Below, one piece after another: positions 17,933-29,834 of a stretch of DNA of 64,000 bases. Numbering within the stretch: the first letter of the stretch is position 1; every line of letters begins with the position of its first letter. Origin of the DNA: a bacterium (GTDB lineage Bacteria > Krumholzibacteriota > Krumholzibacteriia > LZORAL124-64-63); NCBI GenBank assembly GCA_016706845.1, contig JADJIV010000020.1, positions 3,671 through 67,670 on the forward strand, written 5' to 3'. The notes under the pieces were generated by a model. The model worked only from the letters and a program-made list of their open reading frames with translations. It was not told the DNA's origin and made no database searches. Both the position numbers and the translations under genes were made by a program.

Positions 17933-19699
17933 CCCATCCGCTGATCAACCCCGTCCACAGCTTCCACATCCCCGTCATGGGGACGGGGTTCACCGTGGAT
18001 ACGCCGCTGAAGGTGGCCCGCTACGGGATCTCCTCGGTGGTCTCCCTGGTCGACGACATCCTGCTCGAACAGATGCGCGGACTGGTGTGCCGCCGCGAGG
18101 GCCGCGGCTTCGAGGCCGTCCCGTCCGACGCCGAGGACGCGCGCGCCGACCGGATCACGCGCTACCTCGACCTGCTCGCCGAGGTGGTCGACCGCCAGAT
18201 CGAGCAGGTGCGCGAGGCCGTCTTCGAGAAGGGCAGCGAGATCACCCGCTACTTCGAGATGCTCCCCGGCTCGCCGCTGCGCGCCGCCTACGAGCGCATG
18301 CAGGAGGCCGCGGGCCCCGCCCGCGCCCGGCTCCAGGAGGAGCTGCGCGGCGCGGTCGTCGCCGGCGGCATCGACGTCAACATCATGACCAAGCTCGACC
18401 GCGTCCGGCTGCGCCACGGTTTGCCGCTGGGCCCCACCTTCACCGACGCGATGAGCGCGCTGCGCGGCTACGCCCGCAGCCGGCTGCGCTCCTCGGTGGT
18501 CCTCTCGGCGGGCGTCAACCGCCGCCTGTTCGGCTACCTGGCCGAGTTCGACGATTTCTTCCCCGACGGCGCCGGCGACATGCGCAAGCGGATCGTGCTG
18601 AAGGTGAGCGACTTCCGCTCGGCCCAGGTCCAGGCCCGCCTGCTGGCCCAGAAGGGCCTGTGGGTCTCCGAGTTCCGGGTCGAGTCCGGCCTCAACTGCG
18701 GCGGGCACGCCTTCGGCGGGACGGGCACGCTGCTCGGCCCCGTGCTCGAGGACTTCCGCCGCGAGCGCGCGCGCCTGTCCGCGCAGCTGCGCGAGAGCTG
18801 GGCCGCGGCGCTGGCGTCCCTGGGGCGCGCCGTGCCCGCCACGTCCCCCGAGCAGCGGGTCACGGTCCAGGGCGGCATCGGCACGGCCGAGGAGAACGAA
18901 CTGCTGCTGCGCCACTACGGTGTCGACGGCACCGGCTGGGGCACCCCCTTCCTGATGGTGCCCGAGGCCGTCAACATCGACCCGGTCCACCTCGACCGGC
19001 TCTGCAAGGCCGGCGAGGACGACATCCACCTGAGCGACAACTCGCCGCTGGGCGTCCCGTTCTGGAGCCTGCGCAATTCGGAAAGCGAGCTGCTGCGGCT
19101 GCAGCGGATCGACGAGGGTCACCCGGGCAGCGCCTGCCCCAAGGGGTTCCTGGTCGCCGAACACCGAATTCACCAAGGTGCCGATCTGCACGGCCAGCCG
19201 CGCCTACCAGCGGCGCAAGCTGCAGGCGATCGCCGACGCCGGGCTGGACGCGGCCGACGCGTGAGCAACAGACGGACGACGTGGTGGTCAAGGCGTGCAT
19301 CTGCCACGACCTGGCCGGCGGCGCGACCCTGCCCTCGGGGATCGACCCCGACGCCCGCACCGCGGTCTGCTGCGGCCCCAACACGGCCTACTTCACGCGG
19401 TCGGCCAGCCTGCGCGAGATGATCGACCACATCTACGGCCGCGACCGGTTGCCCCTGGCCGAGCCGCGCCCCCACATGCTGCTGAAGGAACTGAGCCTGC
19501 ACCTGGAGCGTCTGCGCGAGGCCGCGTCCGACCGCCAGGACCAGGGCGCCGAGGCGGCGGCGAAGGTGCGCGAGAACCTGCAGGCCGGGATCGAGCATTA
19601 CCGCGAACTGGCGGCGCAGGCCCTGGCCGGCGCGCGCGCGAGAGCTTCCTCGAGCGCCTCGAGTCACTGCAGTCGGATCTGATGTCGCCGAAGTCCTAG
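17929..19699 (+). CDS. conserved hypothetical protein of about 590 aa (enzyme-like), reading frame broken three times
   Basis: TTG 17929 overlaps the STAS stop (TTGA). Protein-like translation continues across frames at about 19158, 19262 and 19635 (…PKGFLV / TEFTKVPICTASRAYQRRKLQAIADAG / VVVKACICHDLAGG… / ESFLERLESLQSDLMSPKS-stop). I could not recognise a family. Confidence 0.5.
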
Positions 19700-20463
19700 C
19701 CCCGCCGCACGAGGATCCGCGCGTCCCGCATCACGGCGCCCAGCGCCGAGGTCCCCGCCCACACCCATCCCGCCCAGCCGTCCCGCACGCAGCCGCGCCG
19801 CACGTACTGCCGCCAGAACGTCGCCGGCGCCGCGATCCACAGGTGCCAGGCCGCCCGCGTCCGCGATCCCGTGTGCGCCTCCAGCCGCGTGTACTGCTCG
19901 ACCTTGCGCAGGTACTCCCGCCAGGACGTCATGGTGTGGTGGTCGAGGGGGCCGGCGAGGTCGCCGATCGTCGCGCCGGGCGGCAGGCGCACGCCCTCGT
20001 GGACCGCCGCGTCGTCGAACGTCGCGCCCCGCGTGCGGAACAGGCGCAGGTGGGGCCGTCCCGCCAGTTCGCGGCAGGTCATGCGCCGGCCCAGCACGTG
20101 CGCATCGACGGGGACGCGCCAGGCGTCGCAGGTCTCGAGCGAATCGTCCGCCAGGCGCCGGCGCAGCTCGTCGCGCAGTTCGGCGGAAAGGCGTTCGTCG
20201 GCGTCGATCCACAGCGACCAGGGCGTGTCCGCCAGCGCCAGGGCGCGCCGGCGGGCGGGGCCGAAGCCGTCCATGGACGTCTCGGCCAGGCGCACCGCGA
20301 AGCGTCCCGCAGTTTGCTCACGGGCCAGCAGGGCGAGGGTGCCGTCGCGACTGCCGGTATCCACGACCGCGAGGGTGTCGGCCACGCCGGCGAGCGAATC
20401 GAGGCACGCCGGCAGCCGGCGTTCCTCGTTGCGCACGATCATCGTCGCCGTTAGCTTGCGCAT
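19696..20463 (-). CDS. family 2 glycosyltransferase
   Basis: MRKLTATMIVRNEERRL…VVDTGSRDGT…IDADE (DxD). Start taken at ATG 20463. Confidence 0.85.
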   Translation of the reverse strand: MRKLTATMIVRNEERRLPACLDSLAGVADTLAVVDTGSRDGTLALLAREQTAGRFAVRLAETSMDGFGPARRRALALADTPWSLWIDADERLSAELRDELRRRLADDSLETCDAWRVPVDAHVLGRRMTCRELAGRPHLRLFRTRGATFDDAAVHEGVRLPPGATIGDLAGPLDHHTMTSWREYLRKVEQYTRLEAHTGSRTRAAWHLWIAAPATFWRQYVRRGCVRDGWAGWVWAGTSALGAVMRDARILVRRG

Positions 20464-20573
20464 GGCCGCGGCTCCCCCGTGTTGGCGGTTCGGTCCTGCG
20501 GCGCACGATAGCACGCGCCGGTCCTGCCGCGAAGTCCGGGCCGCCGCCGCTCCGGACAGTCCGGAGGTCCGAA

Positions 20574-21638
20574 GTGACGCATCCCCTGCCGACGGCGCAG
20601 TCCGTCCGCGACGCCCTGCGCGAGGTCCTGGTGCCCGGCACCCGGGTCGACGTGGTCAAGATCGACCTGATCGGCGACGTGCAGGTCGCCGACGGCGCGG
20701 TCGAGGTGCGGATCAAGCACACCACCGAGAAGCAGGAGACCATCGACGCCGTGTGCGGGCTGGTCGAGGCGCGCGTGCGCGCGTTGCCCGGCGTGCGCGA
20801 GGTGCGCGTCGCGGTCGACAGCCCCGCGCCGCCGCCCAAGCGCGCGGCGCAGAACCCCGACCCCTGGGCCGACCGGGCCCGCCTCGACGGCGTGAAGCGC
20901 ATCGTCGCGGTGGCCAGCGGCAAGGGCGGCGTGGGCAAGTCGACGGTCGCGGTGAACCTGGCGCTGGCCCTGCAGGCGCTGGGGTACCGCGTCGGCCTGA
21001 TGGACGCGGACATCTACGGGCCGTCGCTGCCCACGATGCTCGGCACGCAGGAAGGTCCCGTGGCGCTGGGCGAGAAGGCCATCGGCCCCGTCGTCGCGCA
21101 CGGGCTGCAGTGCATCTCGATGGGCATGCTGGTCCCGCCGGGGCAGGCCGTGGTCTGGCGCGGGCCGATGGTCATGGCGGCGGTGCGGCAGTTCCTGAAG
21201 GACGTGGTCTGGGAGGACCTCGACTACCTGGTGGTCGACATGCCGCCGGGCACCGGCGACGCCCAGCTCACCCTGGTCCAGCAGGTGCCGGTCGACGGCG
21301 TGGTGATGGTGACCACGCCGCAGGAGCTCGCGCTGGCGGACGTGCGCCGCGGCATCCAGATGTTCGGCCAGGTGGGGGCGCCGGTGCTGGGCGTGGTGGA
21401 GAACATGAGCTACTTCCACTGCCCGGACAACGGCAAGCACTACCACATCTTCGGCAAGGGCGGCGGCCGTGCGGTCGCCGACGAGTTCGGGGTGCCCCTG
21501 CTCGCGGAGCTGCCCCTGGACCCGGCGACCCGCGAGGGCGGGGACTCGGGCGAACCCGTGGTGGAGGCGGGCGACAGCCCGACGCGGGCGGCGTTCCTGG
21601 AGTTGGCGCGCAAGGTTTCTGCGCGGCTCGGACTGTGA
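20574..21638 (+). CDS. apbC: Mrp/NBP35-family Fe-S cluster carrier ATPase
   Basis: N-terminal DUF59-like domain followed by the deviant Walker A VASGKGGVGKSTVAVNLA. GTG start. Confidence 0.9.
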   Translation: MTHPLPTAQSVRDALREVLVPGTRVDVVKIDLIGDVQVADGAVEVRIKHTTEKQETIDAVCGLVEARVRALPGVREVRVAVDSPAPPPKRAAQNPDPWADRARLDGVKRIVAVASGKGGVGKSTVAVNLALALQALGYRVGLMDADIYGPSLPTMLGTQEGPVALGEKAIGPVVAHGLQCISMGMLVPPGQAVVWRGPMVMAAVRQFLKDVVWEDLDYLVVDMPPGTGDAQLTLVQQVPVDGVVMVTTPQELALADVRRGIQMFGQVGAPVLGVVENMSYFHCPDNGKHYHIFGKGGGRAVADEFGVPLLAELPLDPATREGGDSGEPVVEAGDSPTRAAFLELARKVSARLGL

Positions 21639-21646
21639 TCCGTTTT

Positions 21647-21794
21647 GTGAAACACTGACCTCGAGACCCTGTCGCCGGGGACGCGCGCCGGGCACTTCCT
21701 GTGCCCGGCGTGCTCGACGTTCAGGCCGCTTCGCCCTCCTGGCGAAGCGGCCTTGCCGACGCCCCGGCGACAGGGCTCGAGGTCAGTGTTTCAC
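21647..21794. repeat. 148-bp compound inverted repeat (outer 34/33-nt arms enclosing two GC hairpins)
   Basis: Arms at 21647-21680 and 21762-21794 are complementary except for a 1-nt indel. Inner hairpins at 21686-21710 (loop TTCCT) and 21724-21752 (loop CTCCT). Confidence 0.8.
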
Positions 21795-21939
21795 GCGACC
21801 GCTGTCGGCGTGGAGACGGTCCGCGAAGGGAGGTGTGCGGCATTTGTGAAAGGGGGAAATTCGCTTCCTTGCGGGGGGCATTCGTGAATAATCCGGGGCG
21901 TCGCGCCGGGAGTCGGGCGGTTCGCAGCGGGAGGACGCG

Positions 21940-23148
21940 GTGACGGGTCGGAGCCGGTGGTGGGCGGAGGACGGGATCGTGTTCGCGGCGCTGCTGCTGG
22001 CGGCGCTGGCGTCGATGCTGTCGGTGGCGATCGCCCAGCTGCTGCTCGGCGTGGCCCTGCTGGCGGCGCTCGTGCGGGTGGCGTCGCGGCGCGACCGGCC
22101 GGCGCGCACGGGGCTCGAGCTGCCGTTCCTGCTGCTGCTGGTCTGGGCGCTGGCGACGATCCCCTGTCCGACGCGCCGCACGAGGGCCTGCGCAACGCGC
22201 GCCGCTTCTACCTGTTCGTGCCGCTGTGGCTGGGGGCGACCTACGTCGTGGGCGAGCGGCGCCGCTGGGCGGTGCTGGCGGCGGTCGCGCTGGGCGCGAC
22301 GGTCAACGCCGTCTACAGCGTCCTGGTCGAATCGGTGATGCCCGGGGACTACGCGCACCGCATCGGCATGATCCAGCACAGCATCATCACCGCGAGCTGG
22401 CTCGTGATGGCGGTCGCCCTGCTGGCGGGGGCCGTCGTGCTGCTGGGGCCCGGACGGCGGCTGCGCCTGGCGGCCGGCGCCGTCCTGGTGCCGCTGCTCG
22501 TCGCGCTCGCGCTGACCCAGTCGCGCAGCGCCTGGCTGGGCGCCGCCGCGGGCTTCGGCCTGATGACGCTGTGCGCGCGGCCGCGCCTGATCCTGCCGCT
22601 GCTGCTGGCTGGCGGCCGCGGGCGTCGCGCTGTCGCCCGCGCACCTGCGCGACAGGCTGTGGTCGGTGACCGATCCGAGCGACGCCACCAACGCGCAGCG
22701 CCTGGTCCTGTGGCGGGCCGGGCTGGACCTCGTGCGCGAACACCCGGTCGTCGGCGTCGGCGACCGCAACCTCGCGCCGCTCACGCCCGAGCTCGTGGTG
22801 GTGCCGGGCGCCACCCTGACCACCCACGTTCGCCACCTGCACCAGAACTTCCTGCAGCTCGCGGCGATCTGGGGCGTGCCGGGGTTCGTCTTCGGCACCT
22901 GGTTCCTGCTGGGGCTGGGCTGGCGGCTGGCACGCCGCTGGCGGGCGCTGCGCCCCGCCGGAGCGCGCGCGCCGCCCGCGCAGCGCATCTGGGCACTGGG
23001 TGCGCTGGGCGTCTGGGCGGGCGTGGTCATCGCTGGTTTCTTCGACTGGACGTTCGGGGATCCCGAGCTGGGACTGGTCTACCTGCTGGCGGCCGGCATC
23101 GCGCTGGCGCCTCAAGAGGCGGGCCCGCTCGTCAGGCGAGCCCGGCGC
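21940..23148 (+). CDS. O-antigen ligase / Wzy-like polytopic membrane protein (two frame changes, 3' end runs into the C-tract)
   Basis: TM-rich translation with the Wzy_C-like motif LTQSRSAWLG. The frame changes at the CCCC run 22161-22164 and again near 22610. The true stop is obscured by the low-complexity block. Confidence 0.65.
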
Positions 23149-24236
<1,088 letters not shown>

Positions 24237-24239
24237 GCC

Positions 24240-25748
24240 GCCGTTCGGTCAGCTGACGCCGCACCCTGTCGTCGAGATCCTCCCACCCGCCGGCGGTCTG
24301 CGGCTCCCCGCGATCGTCGTCGTCGGGGCCGCCCGCGCGGTTCCACACCGCGGCCGCGTCCAGCAGTTCCTGCAGGCGCTGCGGCTGTTCCGCGCTCAGG
24401 TCGTGCAGCTCCCGGGGATCGTCGGTGAGATGGTAGAGCGCCAGCGGCGCCAGGGGGCGGCGTCGGGCGATGAGCTTCCACGGCCCGGTGCGCACGCCGA
24501 CCAGGTCCGGGCCGTAGGCGATGTCCTCCGACAGCAGGGTCCTCTGCGCTGCGGAATTCCCGGCGTCGTCGGGGGGCTGGGCCCGGCCGATCAGGGACGC
24601 CGGCGCGTTGGCGGGCAGCGGCAGCGGCGGCTGGCCCAGCCAGGCGGCGGCCGTCGGCGCCAGGTCGCAGAGCGAGACCGGACGGTCCCGGACGACGCCG
24701 GCCGGGACGCCGGGGCCCCGCGCCAGCCAGGGCACGTGCAGCAGCTCCTGGAACTGGGTGTGGCCGTGGCCGATGGCGCGCAGGTCGCGCGGGTCGTGGT
24801 CCCACCGAGGCGCGCCGCTTCGGCGTGCTCCAGGAATTCTTCGCCGTGATCCGACCAGATCATCACCAGGGTGTTCGTCGCGAGACCCCAGTCCTCGAGC
24901 CGGTCCAGGATCGTTCCCAGCGATTCGTCGACGTGACGGACCGACGCGGCGTAGAGGGCCCTCTTGGCGGCCAGGGCCAGGGCGGCCGGACCGTCCAGCG
25001 GCAGGGAGACCCGCCCGAGGTGCGGCACGCCGGCCCGCTCGTCGCCCCAGCGCGCCAGCGCCCGCAGCTGCGCGTCGCCGTAGCCGCTCGCGCCCGCGGC
25101 TTCGAGCAGCGGCGCGCAGAGCCGCCGCGGCGGCATGGTCGGTTCGTGCGCGTCGTTGAACAGGACGAAGGCGCAGAAGGGCCGGTCGGCCCGGCGCCGG
25201 ATCCAGTCCAGGGCGAGGTCGGCGAGGTCGGGCGCGGCGTGGTTGCGGTAGATCCGCTCCTGGAAGCTCTCCGCCAGGCCGAAGCCCACGAAGGGGTTGG
25301 AGAAGATGGCGCCGGTGCGGTAGCCGCGGCCGGCCAGGTGGCCGGCCAGCGTGGCCGCGCCGTCCCGCAGGCGCGCGGGGGCCTGCTGCGCCATGTTGCG
25401 CGGGCCGCCGCGCATCCCGGCGCCGTGCAGGCAGGGCATCAGGCCGGTGAACGCGCTGGCGAACGAGGGCAGCGTCCAGGGGGCCGGCGCGTTCGCGTCG
25501 GCGAAGCGCAGGCCGTCGCGGGCCACGGCGTCCAGGGCGGGGGTCAACGGTCCCGTCGCGGCGACGGCGCCGGCGTGGTCGGCGCGCAGGGTGTCCACCG
25601 CGAGCAGCAGCAGGTTGGGCGGCCCTTCGCGGCGGGGCGCGGCGGACGGCGGCGACACGGTCCGACGCAGGCAGGCCGCGAGGCGGTCGCGGCTCGCGGA
25701 CAGGCGCCGTCGGCGCGTCATGGGCAGGAAAGGGTCGTTGTGGTTCAT
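24240..25748 (-). CDS. sulfatase-like hydrolase/transferase (alkaline phosphatase superfamily), one frame change, 3' end uncertain
   Basis: LLLLAVDTLRADH metal site and WTLPSFAS nucleophile region (Thr rather than Cys/Ser-x-P-x-R). Frame change near 24803. The C-terminus decays into the G/C block. Confidence 0.7.
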
Positions 25749-25801
25749 CGCCCCGTGTTCGCTTCCTGGACAGTCGCGGTCTAGGCGACTAGTCTAGGTT
25801 C

Positions 25802-26260
25802 ATGGACCTGCGCGCGCACATCCCCGAAGGCTGCCTGCTGCCGAGACTGGCCTGCTCGAGCCAGGAAGAGGCCGTCGCCATGCTCGCCACGGCCGTGGCC
25901 CGCGCCGTCGGCCTGCCCGACGACCGGGCGCTGCGGCAGGAGATCCTCGCGCGCGAGGCCGTCGGGGACACCAACGTCGGCCTGGGCGTCGCCATTCCCC
26001 ACATCCGCACCCGGCTGGTCGGCAGGCCCCTGCTCGCGGTCGCCACGCTGGCCGGGCCCCTGCCCCGCGAGGGTCACGAGCCTCCGGTGGACGTCCTGCT
26101 GCTGATCGTGGGCCCCCAGCAGGACCCGCGCGCGATGCTGCGGCTCCTGGCCCGCCTGGTGCGGCAGGTCAAGGTCCCCGGCTTCCTCGACGACCTGCGG
26201 CGGGCCGCGACGCCCGCCGAATTGATCGCGGCCTTTCCCCGCGAGGAGCCGGCGGCCTGA
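25802..26260 (+). CDS. PTS EIIA type-2 domain protein (PtsN-like paralogue)
   Basis: 152-aa ORF with the active-site region GLGVAIPH. Confidence 0.75.
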   Translation: MDLRAHIPEGCLLPRLACSSQEEAVAMLATAVARAVGLPDDRALRQEILAREAVGDTNVGLGVAIPHIRTRLVGRPLLAVATLAGPLPREGHEPPVDVLLLIVGPQQDPRAMLRLLARLVRQVKVPGFLDDLRRAATPAELIAAFPREEPAA

Positions 26261-26380
26261 AGCGGCACGTTTTCCGCTTGGCCCCGCCCCCGACCGTGGG
26301 CTATGTTAAACGGCCCGGCAACGGCCCACAACCGAGATCATCCCCGTGAACGTTTTCCCTCCGCAAGGGAGCGAGGTCCG

Positions 26381-29300
26381 ATGACCAGCCAATCCAGGAT
26401 CCCCCGCCGCGGTGCATGGATCGCCATCGTGGCCGCGACGGTCGCCTGCGCCGCGACCGTCCATGCCGCCGCCGACCATCTGCTGATCAGCGAGGTCCTC
26501 GTCAAGGAGCGGCCGGGCGTCACGTCCTACGGCAGCGAGTACGTCGAGATCACCAACGCGGGCGCCGCGGCGGCCAGCCTCGCGCAGGTCTACCTGACCG
26601 ATGCGGGCAACAGCCTCAACGCGACGACCTTCTACTACAACATCGTCACGGGCGGAAGCGCCGGCGGCGGCGGCACCTCGGGCGATTTCCACGCCCGCTT
26701 CCCCGCGGGCGCGACGCTGGCTCCGGGCGCGTCGGTGGTGGTGGCGCTGCGCGGCAGCGCGGCCTTCCAGACCTCGCACGGCCGGCTGCCCGACTACGAG
26801 CTGTTCGAGGACGGCATCGCGCCCGACGCCGTGCCCGAGCTGGTCGAAGCCTTCCCCGGCAGCATCGGCTTCGGCCTGGGCAACGGCACGGCCAACACGG
26901 TGCCCACGGGCGGCTGGCTCGACGACCTCTCCGAGACCCTGGTGATGTACCGGTGGGACGGCGCCTCCGACCTGGTGGCCGACCTGGACTACCTGACCTG
27001 GGGGACGAGCACCTCGCTGCGCATCAACAAGACCGGCGTGACGGTCGACGGGCCCGACGCCGACAGCGTCGCGAGCGCCTATCTGGCCGACACCGCCGCG
27101 GGTTCGCAGCAGGCGATCACCACAATCCACGTCTACGGCGACTGCTTCCAGCGGTTCAGCACCGACGAGGGCACCGAGACCGCCACCGGCGGCAACGGCC
27201 TGACCGGGCACGACGAGACCAGCGAGAACCTGACGGCGACCTGGAGCGTGACCGCCGACCAGGACCCGACCTCGACCGGGACCGCGCCGGTCGCGACGCC
27301 CCTGATCACCGCGGCCGAGACCTCGCCCGCGACGCCCTACAACACCCTGCCGGTGACCGTCTCGGCGACGGTCCTGTCCCCGGCCGGCAACGCGGCGAAC
27401 GCGGCGGCCCTGCACTGGCGCACCAACGCCGGCTGGACCGAGACGCCCGCCGCGGCCGCGGGCAACGTCTGGAGCGCGCAGATCCCCGCCCTGCCGGCCG
27501 GCACGGTCGTGCAGTGGTACGTGACCGCCGCCGGGCCTCGCCGGCGGCCCGAGCGCGCTGCCCCACGGCGCGCCGCTCTACGTACGCGCCTATACCGTGC
27601 AGCAGGCGCCCGATCCGGGCGACAGCCCGCCGCACCTGCTGCTGACCGAGGTCTGCGTGCAGGGCAGCGATCACGAGTTCATCGAGATCTACAACCCGAC
27701 CGACGAGGCCGTGGAACTCGACAACTACTACGTCACCGACGCGGTCTACAACACCCAGGGCTACTGGCTGCTGCCGGCGGGCAACCCCTCCTCCGGCACC
27801 ATCGGCGGCGGCACCTTCACGGACTTCCAGGCCCGTTTCCCGGCCGGCGCGACCATCGAGCCGGGCGAGGCGCTGACGCTGTCGCTGGCCGGCAGCGAGA
27901 AGTTCCAGACGGTCTGGGGCGCGGCGCCCGACTTCGAGATCCGCGAGGACGGCGCCTCGGCGGACGCGGTCCCGAACATGCGCGAGGTCTTCCCGGGCAG
28001 CCTGCAGGGCGACGAGACCGGCGCCTGGGCGACGTTGACCAACACCGCCGAGATCGTCGTGCTCTACTACTGGAACGGCTCCAGCAACCTGGTCACCGAC
28101 ATCGACATGTTCATGTGGGGTTCGAGCACCAGCGCCCGCGTGGACAAGACGGGCGTCACGGTCAACGGCTCGACCTACGCCGCGGACACGCCCGTGGCCT
28201 CGCAGGACCAGTTCATGCTGGCCCACGACATCCTGGGCAGCTTCCAGCGGCTCGATCCGGGGGAGGGCACCGAGACCGAGACCGGCGGCAACGGCCCCCT
28301 GGGCCACAACGAGACCAGCGAGAACGTCAGCGGCACCTGGAACGCCGCCGACGGCACGCCCGGCGTCTACGAGGTGGTCGAACTGGCCGTCACCTCGGCG
28401 ACGCTCGCGCCCCAGCACCCGCAGCCGGGCGAAGAGGCCGTGGTGACCGCCGCGGTGACCGGCACGGCCGCGGTGACCGGAGTGTCCCTGCGCTACTCCC
28501 TGGACGGGGGCGCGTTCACGGACGTCGCCTGCACCGACAACGGCAACGGCACCTGGAGCGGCACGATCCCCGCTCAGGCCGAGGGCGTCGAGGTGGCCTG
28601 GTACGTGACGGCCGCGGGCGCGGGCGGCGCGTCGGCGGTCTGGCCGGAGGGGGGCGCCGCCGAGGCGCCGTCCTACACGGTCGAGACGCTCGTCCCCGGC
28701 TACGGCCTGGCCAAGCTGCTGATGACCAAGGTCTGCACGCTCGGCACCGCCGCGGAGTTCGTGGAGATCTGCAACCCGAACGCCTTCGACGTGCCGCTGC
28801 GCAACTTCTACGTGACCGACGCGGTGTACTACGAGAGCCAGGCCTACTGGAACCTGCCGGCGGGCACGCCGTCGCGCGCCACGCTCGGCGGCGGCGACTT
28901 CACCGACTTCCTGGCGAAGTTCCCCGACGACGCGGTGCTGGCGGCCGGCGACACGATCACCGTTTCGATCGGCGGCAGCCAGAGCTACCTCTCCGCCTGG
29001 GGCGTGATGCCCTACTACGAGCTGTTCGAGGACGACGACTACGAGGACTCGGTCGACGACCTGCAGGAGGTGTTCCCGGGCAGCATCAACGGCGTCACCG
29101 TGCCCACGCTGTCCAACCTCTCGGACACCGGCACCTACATCAACGGCGAAATCGTGGCCCTGTTCTTCTGGGACGGCGTCAGCGACCTCGTGACCGACAT
29201 CGACGTCTTCCTCTGGGGCGAAGGCAACTCGTACACGGTCGTCAAGACCGGCATCACCATCGGCACCAGCACCTACGCCGCCGAGGCCGGCTATCCCGAC

Positions 29301-29819
29301 AAGTTCATGACCGAGCACGCCAACGGCGAGGCCTACGTCCGCCTCGACGCGACCGAGGGCGCCCAGGTTCAGACCGGCGGCAACGGCTTCGAGGGCGCCG
29401 ACGAGACCAGCGAGAACCTGTCGACCACCTGGGCCGTCCAGGTCGTGACCCCGGTGGCGCCCCCGATGCCCGAGGGCTCCGGCGAGGTGAGTCTGGTCGT
29501 GCCGGCGCAGACCTTCCTGGCGTCGCGCGGCGAGACCTTCCGCATCACGTTCACGGCGTCGCCCGGGGCGGAGACGGTCCTGCGCATCATCGACCTGAAC
29601 GGTCGCCTGGTGCGCCACCTCTACGACTCGCGCTTCGACGGCGACGCTTCCATCGTGCCCGACACGCCGTCGATCAGGGTGTGGGACGGACGCAACGAGA
29701 CCTACGAGCTGGCCCGGGCCGGGATGTACGTCGTCCACCTCCAGGTGACCGACCCCAGGACAGGCAAGAGGATCGAAAAGACCGCACCGGCCGTGGTGTC
29801 CACGCGCCTGAGCAACTAG
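26381..29819 (+). CDS. secreted protein of about 1146 aa with three lamin-tail-domain (LTD) modules and a FlgD-Ig/T9SS-type C-terminal domain (one frame change near 27541)
   Basis: Signal peptide. Three paralogous modules begin LLISEVLV…EYVEITNAG, LLLTEVCVQGSDHEFIEIYNPTDEAVELDNYYVTD and LLMTKVCTLGTAAEFVEICNPNAFDVPLRNFYVTD, each with a GGNG…ETSENL motif. C-terminal Ig-like domain ETFRITFTA…LRIIDLNGRLVRHL…GMYVVHLQV. Confidence 0.75.
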
Positions 29820-29834
29820 GGGAGGCTGAGAGGC

